Under the pieces are notes generated by a model that was not told where the DNA came from, searched no databases, and worked only from the letters and a program-made list of their open reading frames with translations. A stretch of DNA of 64,000 nt, from assembly GCF_036321535.1 (NCBI RefSeq), contig NC_087437.1, positions 63,614,001 to 63,678,000 on the forward strand, given 5' to 3'. The stretch is from Camelus dromedarius (lineage: Eukaryota). The position numbers and the translations under genes are program-made. Within the stretch, counting starts at the first letter, position 1. The number at the start of each line of letters is the position of its first letter. Shown here piece after piece: positions 27,051 through 39,900 of the stretch.

Positions 27051-28321
27051 GTCAGGGTGAGTGGTGGACTGGATGGTTGGTGTGAAGATGAGGTGCCCCG
27101 AGGTGAGAGGTGAGGCTAGTAAATCAGTAGTCAATTTTATTCAGCTTTGAGATGCTTCACCTTCCAAATTTTATTTGGCTTAAGCTTTGGTAAACGAGTC
27201 ATTCTCGAGATCACAGACTGGTGAGGCAGTCGGGGTGAGCTGTGTACAGAACTGTAGAATAGCTCTGGTCAGGGCCCGAGCTCCTGACTGCGACCAGGCC
27301 TCCTGCTGGTGCTTTGTGCTGTGATTTACTTCATCTTCGCAGGCATGATGGTACAAAGTAGCAGTTAAGAAACAGACTCACTGGCTGCAAATCCTTGGGC
27401 AAGTGATTTAACCCCACTTAGTGCCTTAGTTTCCTTATCTATTAAACGGAGTAATGAGTTACCTGCGTTATAGCGTGGTGTTAACGCTGAATGAGTTAAT
27501 CTCCTTCGGCTCTCTGCCCCATGCGTGGCCCAGTGTAAATGTCTGATGAATGTCTGCTGTCATGATGATGAGGTCATAGGAGGAGAACAGGGAGAGGTGG
27601 GAGTGGTGAAGAGGAGGAAGCTGACACAGAGAGGTCAGGGGAATTGTCCAAGGTCACCCAGCGGATGAACAGACCATGGTCCCTCTTAGGGAATCTCTCT
27701 GGTTTGGCTTAAATGCCTCAGGCACATTGAACTCAAGTGTTGCTGAACACCAGACTCACACCACGGACTCCAGATCTGCTCACGTGCACGCCCTTGCTGA
27801 GCACGCCTGGGGCTGCTGAGGGTGCGAGGGTGAGAGACGGGAGGCAGTGGGCTGGAGGGCGCAGGGATGAGTGCTGTGCCACGCGACTGTGCCGCAGGGG
27901 GGTGGGAGCACCAGCAGGAAGGGGTTCCCCCCACCCCGCCCCCACCCCAGGGACCTTGGAGAAGGTTCTGCGGGGTGAAGTTCCAGCCTGGGCATCCGGG
28001 AATAACAGAAGACAGGGAGGAGGGCCCTGCTCTGCTGTGTGGAAGTGGGAAACTAAAGAAAATGCATTCTGCCTCAGCTTCACAGGCAGGTGGTGTCAAC
28101 AGGCAGGCGAAACCCAAAAATACAGTGAGCCACTGAGAGGCTGGGCCACCAAAGCCTGCGGCCATGCCCTCTTCTCTTGCAGGTGGGAGGAGTGGCAGGC
28201 GCAAGGGCTTTGGGGGTGCCCCCCCATCTGACCTCAGTGAGCACTCCCCTGAGGGGGGGACCCTCCCGGGGACCCTCCCCACTGCCTGCCCCTCTCACTG
28301 CTCTCCTGTCTCATCTCCCAG

Positions 28322-28474
28322 GGTCAGCGGACTCTCCCCCTTCATGGGTGACAACGATAACGAGACCTTAGCCAACGTCACCTCGGCCACCTGGGACTTC
28401 GACGACGAGGCCTTTGATGAGATCTCTGATGATGCCAAGGATTTTATCAGCAATTTGCTGAAGAAAGATATGAA
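28322..28474 (+). CDS. MYLK: MYLK kinase exon, C-lobe
   Basis: tcccag|G GTC AGC...VSGLSPFMGDNDNETLANVTSATWDFDDEAFDEISDDAKDFISNLLKKDM(K), ends AA|gtaatg. Confidence 0.98.
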
Positions 28475-30933
28475 GTAATGAGTTGAGATTTCAGTCTCTT
28501 CAGCTGCCCTCTTGCCTAGACCAGGGTCCAGAGGCTGGATTTCCTTTCCCTTTCGTGGGCCCCTCCTCACCTGAGGAGGGGAGGCTGGGCATTGCGAGTG
28601 TGAGGGCCAGGGAAGGGGTCTTCCTCAGCCCCTGCTCTGGGTGCCACACTCTCTGGTCTTTAGATTCACAGAAACCTCACTTGAAAAGCAACACTTACTT
28701 GACTGAGTGTTAAGGGAGAGGGGCAGCTTGTGTGAACAACAACAGCCCATTTTACTTTCCACATACAGCTGTGGCCTGTAGTAGCCCTGCTGAAACCTTA
28801 GCCCCCCTTCTGGGGTTGCAGGGAACATACCCTATTTGTGGGTCCTGAACATACTCCTAGACTATTCTGGCTGGATGTTTGTTTCATATTTATATTGTGT
28901 AAGAACTGTCTGCCTGAGTATGGCCAGGTAACTTCCACCAGTGGCCAGAGTTAGGTTGTGATCCCAGGCCACTGGGCCCAGCCACCTCCCAGCTCTGTCA
29001 CTGTCCCCCTACCCACAACGGTACAGATTATGGGGTTCCCCGCCTCCACCTTCCGGGGCTGCCTGGAGCTGTGTGACTGTGTAAAACAGCTGTGCACAGT
29101 GAGAGGCCGAAGGCTGTGAGGAAAGGTCAGGCATACCTGGTGAATATTTCAGTGAGAGCAGGACGCAGGTTGGAGCTGCAGAGGAGGAGAGGCTGGAGGG
29201 GGTCCTATGTGTGGCTGGACAGAATTCCCTGGTGAGAGGAAGCAGCTGGATGAAAGCAGGAAGCTGGGAGGGGCTGTGCGTGTGCAGGGAGGGCTAGCCT
29301 GCCCCAGGGGAAGGCAGCAGCCTGGGTGTCAGGTGGGGACAGATGAGGCCGGGCCTGGCTCCAGGGGCCCCAAGGAGTTGTATTTGGTGATAGGGAGCAG
29401 CTCTAAGCTTTTCCCCAGAAGGTGCTGTTGAAATGGGTGGTGTGCCAGAGGCTGTGAAGGGGAGGGACAGCCCGACCCCACGGACAGGCAGGAGGCCCCA
29501 CATACACCAGGTGACTGTGGCCTAGGTTCTCCCCTGCCTGCCTGGCCCACAGATCCCCCTGAAGCTGTCAGTCATCTTGCCCCACTCTGGGAGAAATCCT
29601 CTCTGGGTCAGGAGAGTACACTTGCTAAAGAAGTGAGGTTGGAGGGTCTCTTAAGTGGTTCTGTCTGGTTTTTCTGGTTACACACCCACTTCTCAGTCCT
29701 TTTTAGCTGGCCCAGGGCCAAGCTCCTCCAGGGGCTGCATTCCACACTCCCTGAGAGCAAGGTCTTTTTAGCATTTTGCTTTTTAGCATTTAGTCTTAGT
29801 ATCAGAAGTAGGCATGACCCATGGAGAATCTGGATGTTGTGGGGATGTCTAGATTCCCTTCTGGTGTAAGGGATCCCCACTCCCAAGTTGCCTCACAGAG
29901 ATGCAAACCTCTTCCTGATAGCTCTGGTCCAAGGATAGCTTTTGTCAACCAGTATTCATTCACTGAAGATTTAGTAAATGAAGTATTGAGTATATACCCT
30001 ATTTTCTCATCTGACCTTGAATTTATTCAGTAATGAGCTGTGTTGGCCCTTCTGCACTCATAAAATAAATTCACCAAAGAACTGATTTTAAATAGATCAA
30101 GACACTAGATTCCCATAAACTCTTAAACTCAGCATTTCTTCAACCAGAAATCTCCATCAGCACTTTTAAAAGTGTTTTTCTATTATAAAATTAATACATG
30201 GAAATTATAGAAATTTTGAATATAAGAAAATTAAAATAATACATATTCCCTTAGCTAAAGATCACTACATTTTGCTGTATTTAACAAATTTACTTTTACT
30301 CATTTTACTACGTATGTGAGCACTTTGTACTGTGGGCTTTATTAGTCCTCTTACAATTAAGGTGATGGCCCTGAAATATTTCTAGATTCTCAGAGCTTTC
30401 AGAAGATTAAATGTGTTTCAGTGTAGTTCTAAGGTTGTCATATTTCAAAGGTTGTATGTAGGACATACTTCTTGAGTTTTAACAGGAAAATCCTGATACT
30501 CAACCGCACCATAAGACTTGAGAGTTAAATGATTCTCAAAGATTTGGGCCAAAGACAGGGAGGCAGAAGGGTTGGGCGTCCCCAATCTGCAGCCCCCGTG
30601 TGACCACTGACTGACCTCATCCTGGAATATGGCACCAGCCATTCCCAGACATGTCTGCTCCCCAACATTTACCCTCCCTAGACCCCAAGGGCTTACTGAT
30701 GTTTAGGCCTTCTGAACGCTGACCTATTGTGTGTCTAGTCAGTGTAACCCAGACCAAGACATGAAAAAGGCCAGGAGCACAGTGATCCTCATCATGGTGG
30801 ATGGACTGGGAGCAAGAGAGCCCTGGGCTCTGCCCTGTGTAACTAGGGATAGGTGGCCTCCCATTTCTGCTCTGACTAGCAGTGTCTGAGGTCCCCTTCT
30901 GCTCAGAAATCCTCTGATCTCTGCCTCCATCAG

Positions 30934-31057
30934 AAACCGCTTGGACTGCACCCAGTGCCTTCAGCATCCATGGCTAATGAAAGACACCAAGAACATGGAG
31001 GCCAAGAAGCTCTCCAAGGACCGGATGAAGAAGTACATGGCAAGAAGGAAATGGCAG
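30934..31057 (+). CDS. MYLK: MYLK exon: kinase end, autoinhibitory segment and first half of CaM-binding helix
   Basis: catcag|A AAC CGC...NRLDCTQCLQHPWLMKDTKNMEAKKLSKDRMKKYMARRKWQ|gtaacg (not in the ORF track frame; read directly). Confidence 0.97.
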
Positions 31058-31379
31058 GTAACGAGGGGTCACTTTGGACTGGGATGTTGCCCCTCATAAT
31101 TGCTTTACTCAAGCCACTCTCATTCCCAGCTTGCCCTCCCCTCACTCCAAAAATGTTTAAGTTTGTTTCTGAAATAGTCTGGGACCCAGACTGACATTTC
31201 ATGTCTTCATGGCTAAGGATAAACAATGTCACCTTTAGGACTGTTTAGCAGGCCTGGAGAATTCGATCTCTTTATATACCTTGTGATGGTCTTAAATTTC
31301 TTTACAGTGAAGGAGGTGGGCACATGATCTACAAAGAGAGACATGGCCCCTGCGCCCTAAGGAAGGTGTATGTTACTAG

Positions 31380-31770
31380 CTACATGTCCTTAGGCAAGTT
31401 ACATAACCTTGATGTGCCTTCGTTTTCTCACCTGTGCAGTGGGGATAATAGCGGTACCAACCTCACAGCATTGTTGTGAGAAATATGTGAGATAATCTTT
31501 ATCTGGCCTTTAGCACATTGCCTGGCACCTAATAAGTGTTCAAAAATGAGATCAGTAGCCAGTGTGTATGGAGAGCTGGCCATGCATCAGCTCAACACTC
31601 AAACCACTTTCTATGTATTGTCTTTTAATCCTGGGAGGCAGGTACTGTCATTATCCCCAGCTCTCAAACAAATGAGGCAGAGAAAGATTAAGAAAGTCAC
31701 CAAGGATCACATAGCTAGTAAGTGGGAAAGCTGGGACTCAAACCCAGAGCCTGGCTCCAAAGTACACAGT
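31380..31770. mobile_element. Two adjacent MIR SINEs (+ then -)
   Basis: ccttaggcaagttacataacc...tagcacattgcctggcacctaataagtg; tgaggcagagaaagattaag...caaggatcacatagctagtaagt. Confidence 0.75.
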
Positions 31771-34700
31771 CCTAATGATACACAGTTTAATGACACAAAT
31801 TGCCTCTGACTGTTAGCAGATGGAGAAAATTATCATCCAAAACCATAGGGAATTTATCATCTATTTTATTTTTATTATCACTATGAGTATTATAAAATTC
31901 CTAGGCTACTGGAGGGCACGTGGTTTCTATACTCAAAGAATGTATAGTGTAACAGGGACCTGAAGCAAATAGACATAAAAGGACATAACACACACCAAGA
32001 ATTATAAACTATCAGTATAGCTTTCCATACCCATATATGTGAGTGCGGACAGAGAATGAGCCAGTCACAGCAGAGTTGGATGTGGTTGTGAGGAAATGCT
32101 GCCAAGGGCAGGAGTTTGAAATCGGCTGTGGAACATGGCTGGAACACAGAGCAGAGGGGATTATAGCACAGATGGAAGGAATGGCTCAGGGTGGGAACCC
32201 GGCCTCACCTGGGTCATGCTGGCCTGGCAGGAGCAGTGTTTTAGTCGAGCATTCAGGAGACCTGGGCATTGAGACCTTGTCTTTGTGACAGAGAGAAAGG
32301 AAATCACCATTTTAGGGGACACTGGTAATTTGCCACACAAATTACACAGTCACACACTGTGGTGACTAAACCACGGTTCCTTCGAAAAGTCCAAGTTCAC
32401 CCAAAGGTTGAAAGGAGCAGAGGCAAGCAAGGGGCTTCAGGTATGTGGGTCTCTCAGCCTGGCTCCCCCGCAGTGGGGGCCAGTTCTTGGTAACTGCCCC
32501 CCTGCTTTCCCCCCACATGAAGGTGGGGTGGATCTCCTGGCCTCCCTCATGAGTACCTGGTGAGCTGGAACACCTGTGCTGCTTGCTTTACCCTCTGGTG
32601 CCATTAGGATCCAATGAAATCAGAGTAGCAAATATTTTCTAAAAACAAAACAAGGGGGCCACAAAATCAAAGGCTGGCTTTATTAATGATCCTGTGGTCA
32701 GTAGATCTCAAGAAACAGCGATAATTCTGGAACGGATAGGGTGGCTGCGGTGGGGGTGGGGCAGCCCTCAGAGCAGGCAGTCTCACTGGTTTTGGCTTGG
32801 ATGAGGCTGTGGGTTAAGGGGCAGCCTTTATCACTTCTGGCTTCTGTGAGAATCCACACATCTGCTGGTGAACCAGAGCCAGGAAGAGCCTAAACCCAGG
32901 GGATAGGCGCAGAGAAGAGATAAGGAAATGAGAGAGGAAATAAATAGAATTTTTCAGTCAGATGGGTCAAGGAACTGTAATTTGTGCTGATATTTTAATC
33001 ACTTAGGTTTTTTCTGGTGTTTACAGTGTCATTAGCCAGAAAACCCTTTTGCTGGGAATGAGAGGAGAAAGAAAAGGGTATAATTCAGAGAAGGAACCCT
33101 AATTTCCTATTTTAATATAGGCAGCAACATTTGGAAATGGTTTTTCCACAGAAACAGCAGTTAGGTTTCACAAAATTACATAGAAAAGTAGTCTACAAAA
33201 CCCCATTCAACACATCATATCCCTGAAGCATAATTTCACTGGTAATGGTTCAGCTGCATCTGACCATCTTGTGTTACATTTCTTCCTTAGGAAAATGTTT
33301 TCCACATTTTATACTCTGGGACCTTAGTTATCAGGACCTTTGCACCCCTGGAATAGGGGGTTCCCTCTCAGAACAGCTGAGGTTCCGTGTGATGGGGCAG
33401 AGTGGAGGGGAATAGAATGGGGTGCACTGTGGCAGAGAGAGGGGGCCAGAACAGGCACAGGGGGCCCAGAACTCTCTGCAGCTGCATGAGAGAAGGTTCC
33501 ATTATCATTCTGGTGTGGTTTTCACAAAAGAGGAAGTAACATGAGAACACATCCCTACAAGCAAGGCAATGTATAGATGACTAATCACATTATTGATCTT
33601 AGAATGAAGTTACTCTGATAGAGGGCAGGTCTTTTATTTATATCAAAAGAATCTTTAAAATACATGGTGGTGAGCAGTAGCACTGAGGGTGGATAAGTTG
33701 AGCAGGACAACAGGGCTTCTGCAGGCAAAACCAGAAGCAAAGGAGTAGGAATTGGAGACCTGTGGGCAGCCGACTTTATTTTCCAAGAGCCACAAAGGCC
33801 TCACTAGTATGGAACAAAGGGCCCTAGGGAAGAAAGCTTTTGACTCAGTATAGCACAGAGTACTCTTGGCCATCATGTTTGGATAATATGCATTCTCAGG
33901 GCAGATTGCAGTCTTGGGGCTGTTGGTGTGTGCGTAGGGCCTATGACGGCTGGCTGGCTCTAGGGCGATCACCTTGCCCAAGTTTGCCAGGCACTGTCTC
34001 AGCTTCATCCCTGAAAGACCCTCATCCTGGGAAATACCTCAGTCCCTGGCAAACCAGGCTGCTTAGTCACGCTTGCTGGTTCTCCCAGGGGAGGGAGTCT
34101 GTGCTGCATTAGGGAAGCCATTACGAACCCTGCCTGCCTGGAATACAGGAACCCAGCCTTGGCAATTGCCCTCAAACAAGAAAAAGACTTTCTCAAAACA
34201 AGGATAGATCTTACCAAGAATTGAAGCTTTCTTTTTTGATGTTTTAAAAATTTCCAAAAATCTTGGTCAGTAAAGCAGCAACCAATTTTTAGCTCAAAGG
34301 CATAAAACTGGAAGGCTAGAACATACAGATAGATTTCTTTCCCACTGCTGACAAATAACTTCCCTACCAAGATTTTTTTCATAAATCAATTTCCAAAGAA
34401 TGACTTCTGATGTAGGTTATTTTAAGATTTTCCTTATCAAGCACATTTCTCCCTGTTTTAGAAATAATGTGCTCTATCACTCCATCTGATGGACAATCTC
34501 CCCCTACGTGTAGTCTATTTGTATGTTACTGTGTATCTGCTACCTCCTCTGAAATACTGTAACTCTTTTATTTGCCTTGTTCTGGAGCTTCACATTAGTC
34601 ATTTTATTAACAGAAGAAGAAAGACTTCATCATTCCACCCTGTACAGTCCTGCTACTTGCAGTCCAGGTGTTGGGGATTAGGGAGCCCATAGCCTCAAGG

Positions 34701-36451
34701 GGAGCGTTCCCAGCAACAGGTTCTCGAGTCTAAATCACAGTCTTTCTGTAGAGACTGGAGCTGCAGGGAGATTTGAATCTTCTGGTCTAACCATGAGGCC
34801 CAGAGAAGGGAACTGACTGGCACAAGGTCACAGAGTAATCAATTAGTGGTTAGAGAACTAACCTGTTTCTTGTTAGGAGTGAACCCTCTGAGCTTAGAGA
34901 CACCCTGCCCAGGGCAAACCCATCTGTGTTGGATGAAGGGAATGGAGAGCTGAAAAGGGCGGAGTCTGAGAGTTTGGCTGGTTAGGAAGCAGTCTGGTTT
35001 TACGTGGACTCAGTTGGGAGGGCTGCGGTGGCTGGCACCACCTCCTACCTGTTCCTGAAGTCAGGGTATGCTCCCCTGGGAAGAGCTGGGTCTCTCCACA
35101 CTCCAGCTAGCAGGACAAACAAATCAATGATGTCACCAGTAACAGCCTCACCCAGAAGAGCACGGGAAGCTGCTGAATGGTCTCTGTCTGCATTCTCTGC
35201 ATGGCCACAATGACTCTGCCCACAGTTAAGTTGGTCCGTCATCATCTCACACCTTCTCCCCCACCCCCGTCCCCCGGGGGCTCCCTGGCTTCTTTGCAGA
35301 GTGACCCAGCTTCCCCGCGGTTTTTACAGAGGGCCGGAAGCATAACACACAGCGATGTATGTGAGAGGGTGGATGGCCAGAGGACAGGGCAAGATGGAAC
35401 GTCTGTTCAGAGTGCATGAAGATAGTCTGCAGCCAGGATGGGATGTGACAAAATGGGGGCAACTGTGGTCACAGCAGTAGGTCTCTGCTTAAACCACACT
35501 TACACACAGTTTTCTGTATGATTCCTTAGCACCCTGAAATTCCTTACTTTTGAAATAATCTTTTTACTGAAGCATATTGGCTTTCCAGATACTCCAAAAT
35601 TGTGAGGCTTCCCTGAAATACTTGAGTGCATGAAGTTAATTCAGCAGGAAAATGCTTTGTCGGCACAGTTTGAGGGCCAGCGGGGAGTGCCAGCCGTTTG
35701 CCTGTGTACAAGCTGTCTCCTTCCTCTCTCAAAACCCAGTCTGTGGTGACATCTACTTTCTGGACGCACAGCATCTGGATGCCTGAAAAGATGCTTCAGG
35801 TGCAGGGGTGGAAAGCGCTGCTTATGCCTTAGTTTCTTATCTTAGTCACTCCATTGGCCTTAGAAAAGGGGTGAGAAACTTTACCTAAAGGTGAGAAACA
35901 CAGTTGAGTGTTATTGGGGACTCCTTGACCTAAGTCTTATGCTTGGTAGAGTTTTCAAATGCAAAGAAAATGTTCATCTTAAGTCCTGGCATCTGTTTCA
36001 GCAGAAATTCTGTCCTCTCCCAAGGCGCTGCCACTCAGAAAAGCAAAGTGCTGTGCTTTTCATGTCTTCAGGTTCTTTTTAATGCTGGGGTGTGCATCTG
36101 GGAAGAACACCTCTCTGGAGCTTCACTGGGTATTCACAGACTTGTGCTGGGCCTAGCCAGAGTGTTTCTCAAAATCTTTAAGGTATCTGAATCTTAAACA
36201 GAACTAAATGAGACCTTGCAGATCATCTTGTCCAACCCTCTCCTTAAACAGAGAAGGATACTGAAGCCCAGAGAGGTTAAGCAACTTGCTCATGGTCAAT
36301 AGAATGCCTTTTTTTTTTTTTGCAACAGGACCTGTGGGATCCGTAGTAACTCTTCTCTTGACCAATTAAAATCATATCACTAGCATTGTTTTACGAGAAA
36401 CAGCCCCACTGGGCCCCGTCAGCAATAAGTCTTTGGAGCTGTCTCAGCCTG

Positions 36452-36483
36452 CAGTTGCTTTATATAAACTATCCCTTTTATGG
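36452..36483 (+). promoter_or_regulatory. Telokin internal promoter core: E-box CAGTTG (36452-36457), AT-rich element TGCTTTATATAAACTAT, CArG box CCTTTTATGG (36474-36483)
   Basis: Perfect CC(A/T)6GG next to an AT-rich element ~330 nt upstream of the telokin ATG; matches the described SRF-dependent telokin promoter layout. Confidence 0.9.
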
Positions 36484-36773
36484 GAGTTGAAGCACAGTAT
36501 GAAAAGGGTTTTTGTCTCATGTTGACCTTGTTTAGTCACATTAAGGCACACATTGGTTCCAGGCCCCATTCCATTCTCTGAACATCTTCCGACACGCTGA
36601 TAGTGCTGAGCAGAGCAAGGCTGGGCTCACTCCTCTGGCGGAACCTCGGCGCTGGGGAAGCCCTCGTTCCAGGGACAGCTGCCTCTCCTGGGCTGGGCTC
36701 TTCTCCCTGAGCCCCGCTGCCCACTTGGAACCAGGGACACTGCGTGAGTCCAACGCCAGTGTCTATTTTTCAG

Positions 36774-36903
36774 AAAACAGGCAATGCTGTGAGAGCCATT
36801 GGAAGACTGTCCTCTATGGCAATGATCTCAGGGCTCAGTGGCAGGAAATCCTCAACAGGATCACCAACCAGCCCGCTCAATGCAGAAAAACTAGACTCTG
36901 AAG
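36774..36903 (+). CDS. MYLK: MYLK exon: rest of CaM-binding helix; contains telokin start ATG (36816)
   Basis: ttttcag|AAA ACA GGC = KTGNAVRAIGRLSSMAMISGLSGRKSSTGSPTSPLNAEKLDSE, ends G|gtaagg. Confidence 0.97.
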
Positions 36904-39900
36904 GTAAGGAGCTACAGGAAGATTTTCTCCAGCCAGTTGGTGAGAAAGGAAGTTAGGGATGGAGGGGCATTTAGAGGCTTTTTTGTGGGGGTGGGGGTAG
37001 AGGGGAATTGTTTTTTGGTTTTTTTATAACACAATTTACAAGGAAAAATTCAGAAGTACTTTTACATTGCTCTGACAATAATTGATAAGTTTAGTAATTA
37101 CTCTTTGCTTCACCTTAGGTTTAACAACTTTTGAAAGTTATTATTTGTCTAATAGAAACAGGTGATCTCTGCTTAGCTTTTCTCTATATTTTACATAAGA
37201 ATTAGGAGAGGCTTTATTAAAAGCTTTCTTTTTTTCTCATTGCAAAAGCAATACTTATATAATGGTAGGCAAACATAAAGTAAAAAACACATATTGTAGT
37301 GTACTTTTAAGAAAATCCTTCCTGTTTTTTTAACCATGTCTCTGTGGTTTTCTTTTAAACAAAAGTTAACTCGTACAGTCCATGTTTGTTTGGTATTTTT
37401 CATATGCCAAAACATGTCGTTTGAACTGGGTAGACAGATTGACAAGGCCCTTCCTAGAGACCAAAAGGGTTAGTAACTTGCCCACCGTCTTTGAGATACT
37501 GCCCCATCCATCTCCTCAGTGAAGGCCTCGGCTTCTTCCTGCTTCAGATGCGTGCAGGGTCTGGCCCTTACCATCTTGAGGTGCCGCCTTGGCTGGAGAC
37601 ACCCCTCCACCTCCCGCTGCCTCGTGCTTTTGGTATCCAAAGATGAGAGGCTGAGTCTAGATCCCTTTGTGCACAAGACAGGGTAACTGGCAACGTGGTC
37701 TGCTGAGCTGTTCTGATGCAGCTGGGGACAGAGTCTGCTGCACATGGGCCTGATCCCTCCCGATCTACCCTTGCCACTCCCCAGATGACCCAGCAATAGC
37801 CTAAAGAAGGAGAGGATCAGGAGCCCCTCCAAATTATGGCTTTTCCCTGGACCAATCCCAAACCGTGGTCCACGTCACACAATGTGAAGGCAGTAGATGT
37901 GTGTAGAATAGAGCCACTGGCAAGTCGAAGATGCCTCTAGGACCTGGCTCTTCCCTTCTGGGAGCAGATGAAGGGCCTGCTGCTGCTGGAGGAGGACAAA
38001 GGGGTAGAGATCAGGATGGCTGGTGTGGTTCCGTCCTTCTTAGATACCCTCAACTGAATCCTGAAGCAGTATGAAATGCAGCCAAAAATCCTTTTTAAAG
38101 ATTATTTCCTTTTTCAATGTGTCAGCATAAGGGAAGGGGGAGTCCAAACATTTCCCCAGTTTGGTTGCAGTTCTCTCTTCTGCCAAAGTCATTTGGCCAC
38201 AGGCCAGCCTGTCCCGAGGAGAAAGGTGTGCTTATGATTCAGTCCTCTAAGCTGCATTATCTGCCAAATTATAGCAACTGAAAAAAAAAGTCAGCTCTTT
38301 TAAACCAGGGAAGAGGAGAGAAGGAATGAAGAAATGACCCCATCCTCTTTCCTGTCTTCTAGAAGATGTTGCCCAAGCTTTCCTTGAGGCTGTTGCTGAG
38401 GAAAAGCCCCATGTAAAACCCTACTTTTCTAAGACAATTCGTGACTTAGAAGTTGTGGAGGGAAGCGCTGCTAGGTTTGACTGCAAGATTGAAGGTAAGT
38501 TTGTAGCTGCTCTTCCCTTATTACCAAAGGGGCACGGCTGGCTGGGAGGCCCCTACTGTGGGCCCTCGGCGAGACAGCAGTTCTGGAACAGACAGGCTGG
38601 GAGGGAAAGCGGGTCAGGAGGAGCTGGCCCACTGCAGGATTACTGCCATTCAGGGACTCTCTGAGGGCACATCTGATATCTACCGACTTACATCGGCCGC
38701 TAGACCCAAGTTCAAAGTGGTTTATCACGGACCTGTTTGGTTATGGAACATGCTTAACAAAATGAGTTTTTTGAGTTTCTGGGAAGCATGTGAACCACCC
38801 ACAAGAGGCTCTCAAAGGAAGGCTGGCACTAAGAGCATACGATGCAGAGCTCTGCATCTGCGGCTGTGTGACCACAGGTGGTGATCTAACTCTCCTGAGC
38901 CTCAGGCACTCACCTGTAAGACGGTGTCTGATGCTCTGAGTGGCTCTGGGGACTCTGTGAGATGGCATATCAGGAAAGGATAAACATTTCACGTCTTTTA
39001 AAGACGTCATAGAGTCAAGGGAAAAGTTGTGAGACTGGTAAGTGCAGAGAGCGCCTGCAGTGTGACTTCAACGGGGGAAGTTGGGATCCAGGCGCCTGTG
39101 CTGTCTTCCCCATGCCTCCCTGCCTGCCAGAAATAACATGGCCATAGAGTCATGAGTCATTGGAGCTCAAGGGACCCAAAGGGATCTCAGTATAGCACCT
39201 GAGAAACTCGTGGTGTTGGTGACACATAGCATTTCAGTTTCCACAGACTGCAATGTTCTAGAAAGATAAGAGGCATGACAAGATAGGCCTCTTTGCTTCC
39301 AGTCTGTGACTGTCATGTGTCAACCAGAGTGGAGGGCTGGGACCCACTTCCCCAAGGCAGCACAGCACAGGACAGCAGTCAGAAGAGACCACGCCTCCCA
39401 CTTTGTCAGTTTTTCCAGCAGTATGACTAGATAGTGCCTTTTGGGTAAAGTAACCCAAGGGTAGGAATGAAAAAACAATTTTCTCTTACATCACTATATT
39501 ATCAACATGCCTTGTAAATGCCTCACCTACCATAATCTTTCTCTTTTTTCATTCAATTTTTTATAAAGTGAATGTGCTACCTTTGCTAGTGTGGAAGTGC
39601 TCAGATTCGGGGTGTGCTGAGAGCTCTGGGGCCACTGCTTATAGCTCTCACCATCACTATCCTTTGGGTCTTATGAAGTTCTTTACTTTTTCCTTACTGA
39701 TTTTTTAGAAAATATTATATCATAATAATTATCATCTTTTTGCTTATTTTTCTCTTTGAGATTATTTTCTTGGTATTTGCATTACTTCAACTGGAATGCT
39801 GAGGAGAAATTTAAGCATATGGATGCTGTTTTGATAAAAACAAAATTCTACTTGAAAAGAACGTTAGAATTTTAAGTTCTTATGTGTACTTTTTATTCTG

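Noticed and set aside
27686..28298. Overlapping ORFs on both strands (up to 198 aa)
   Set aside because: Local high GC explains the lack of stops; no recognisable product.
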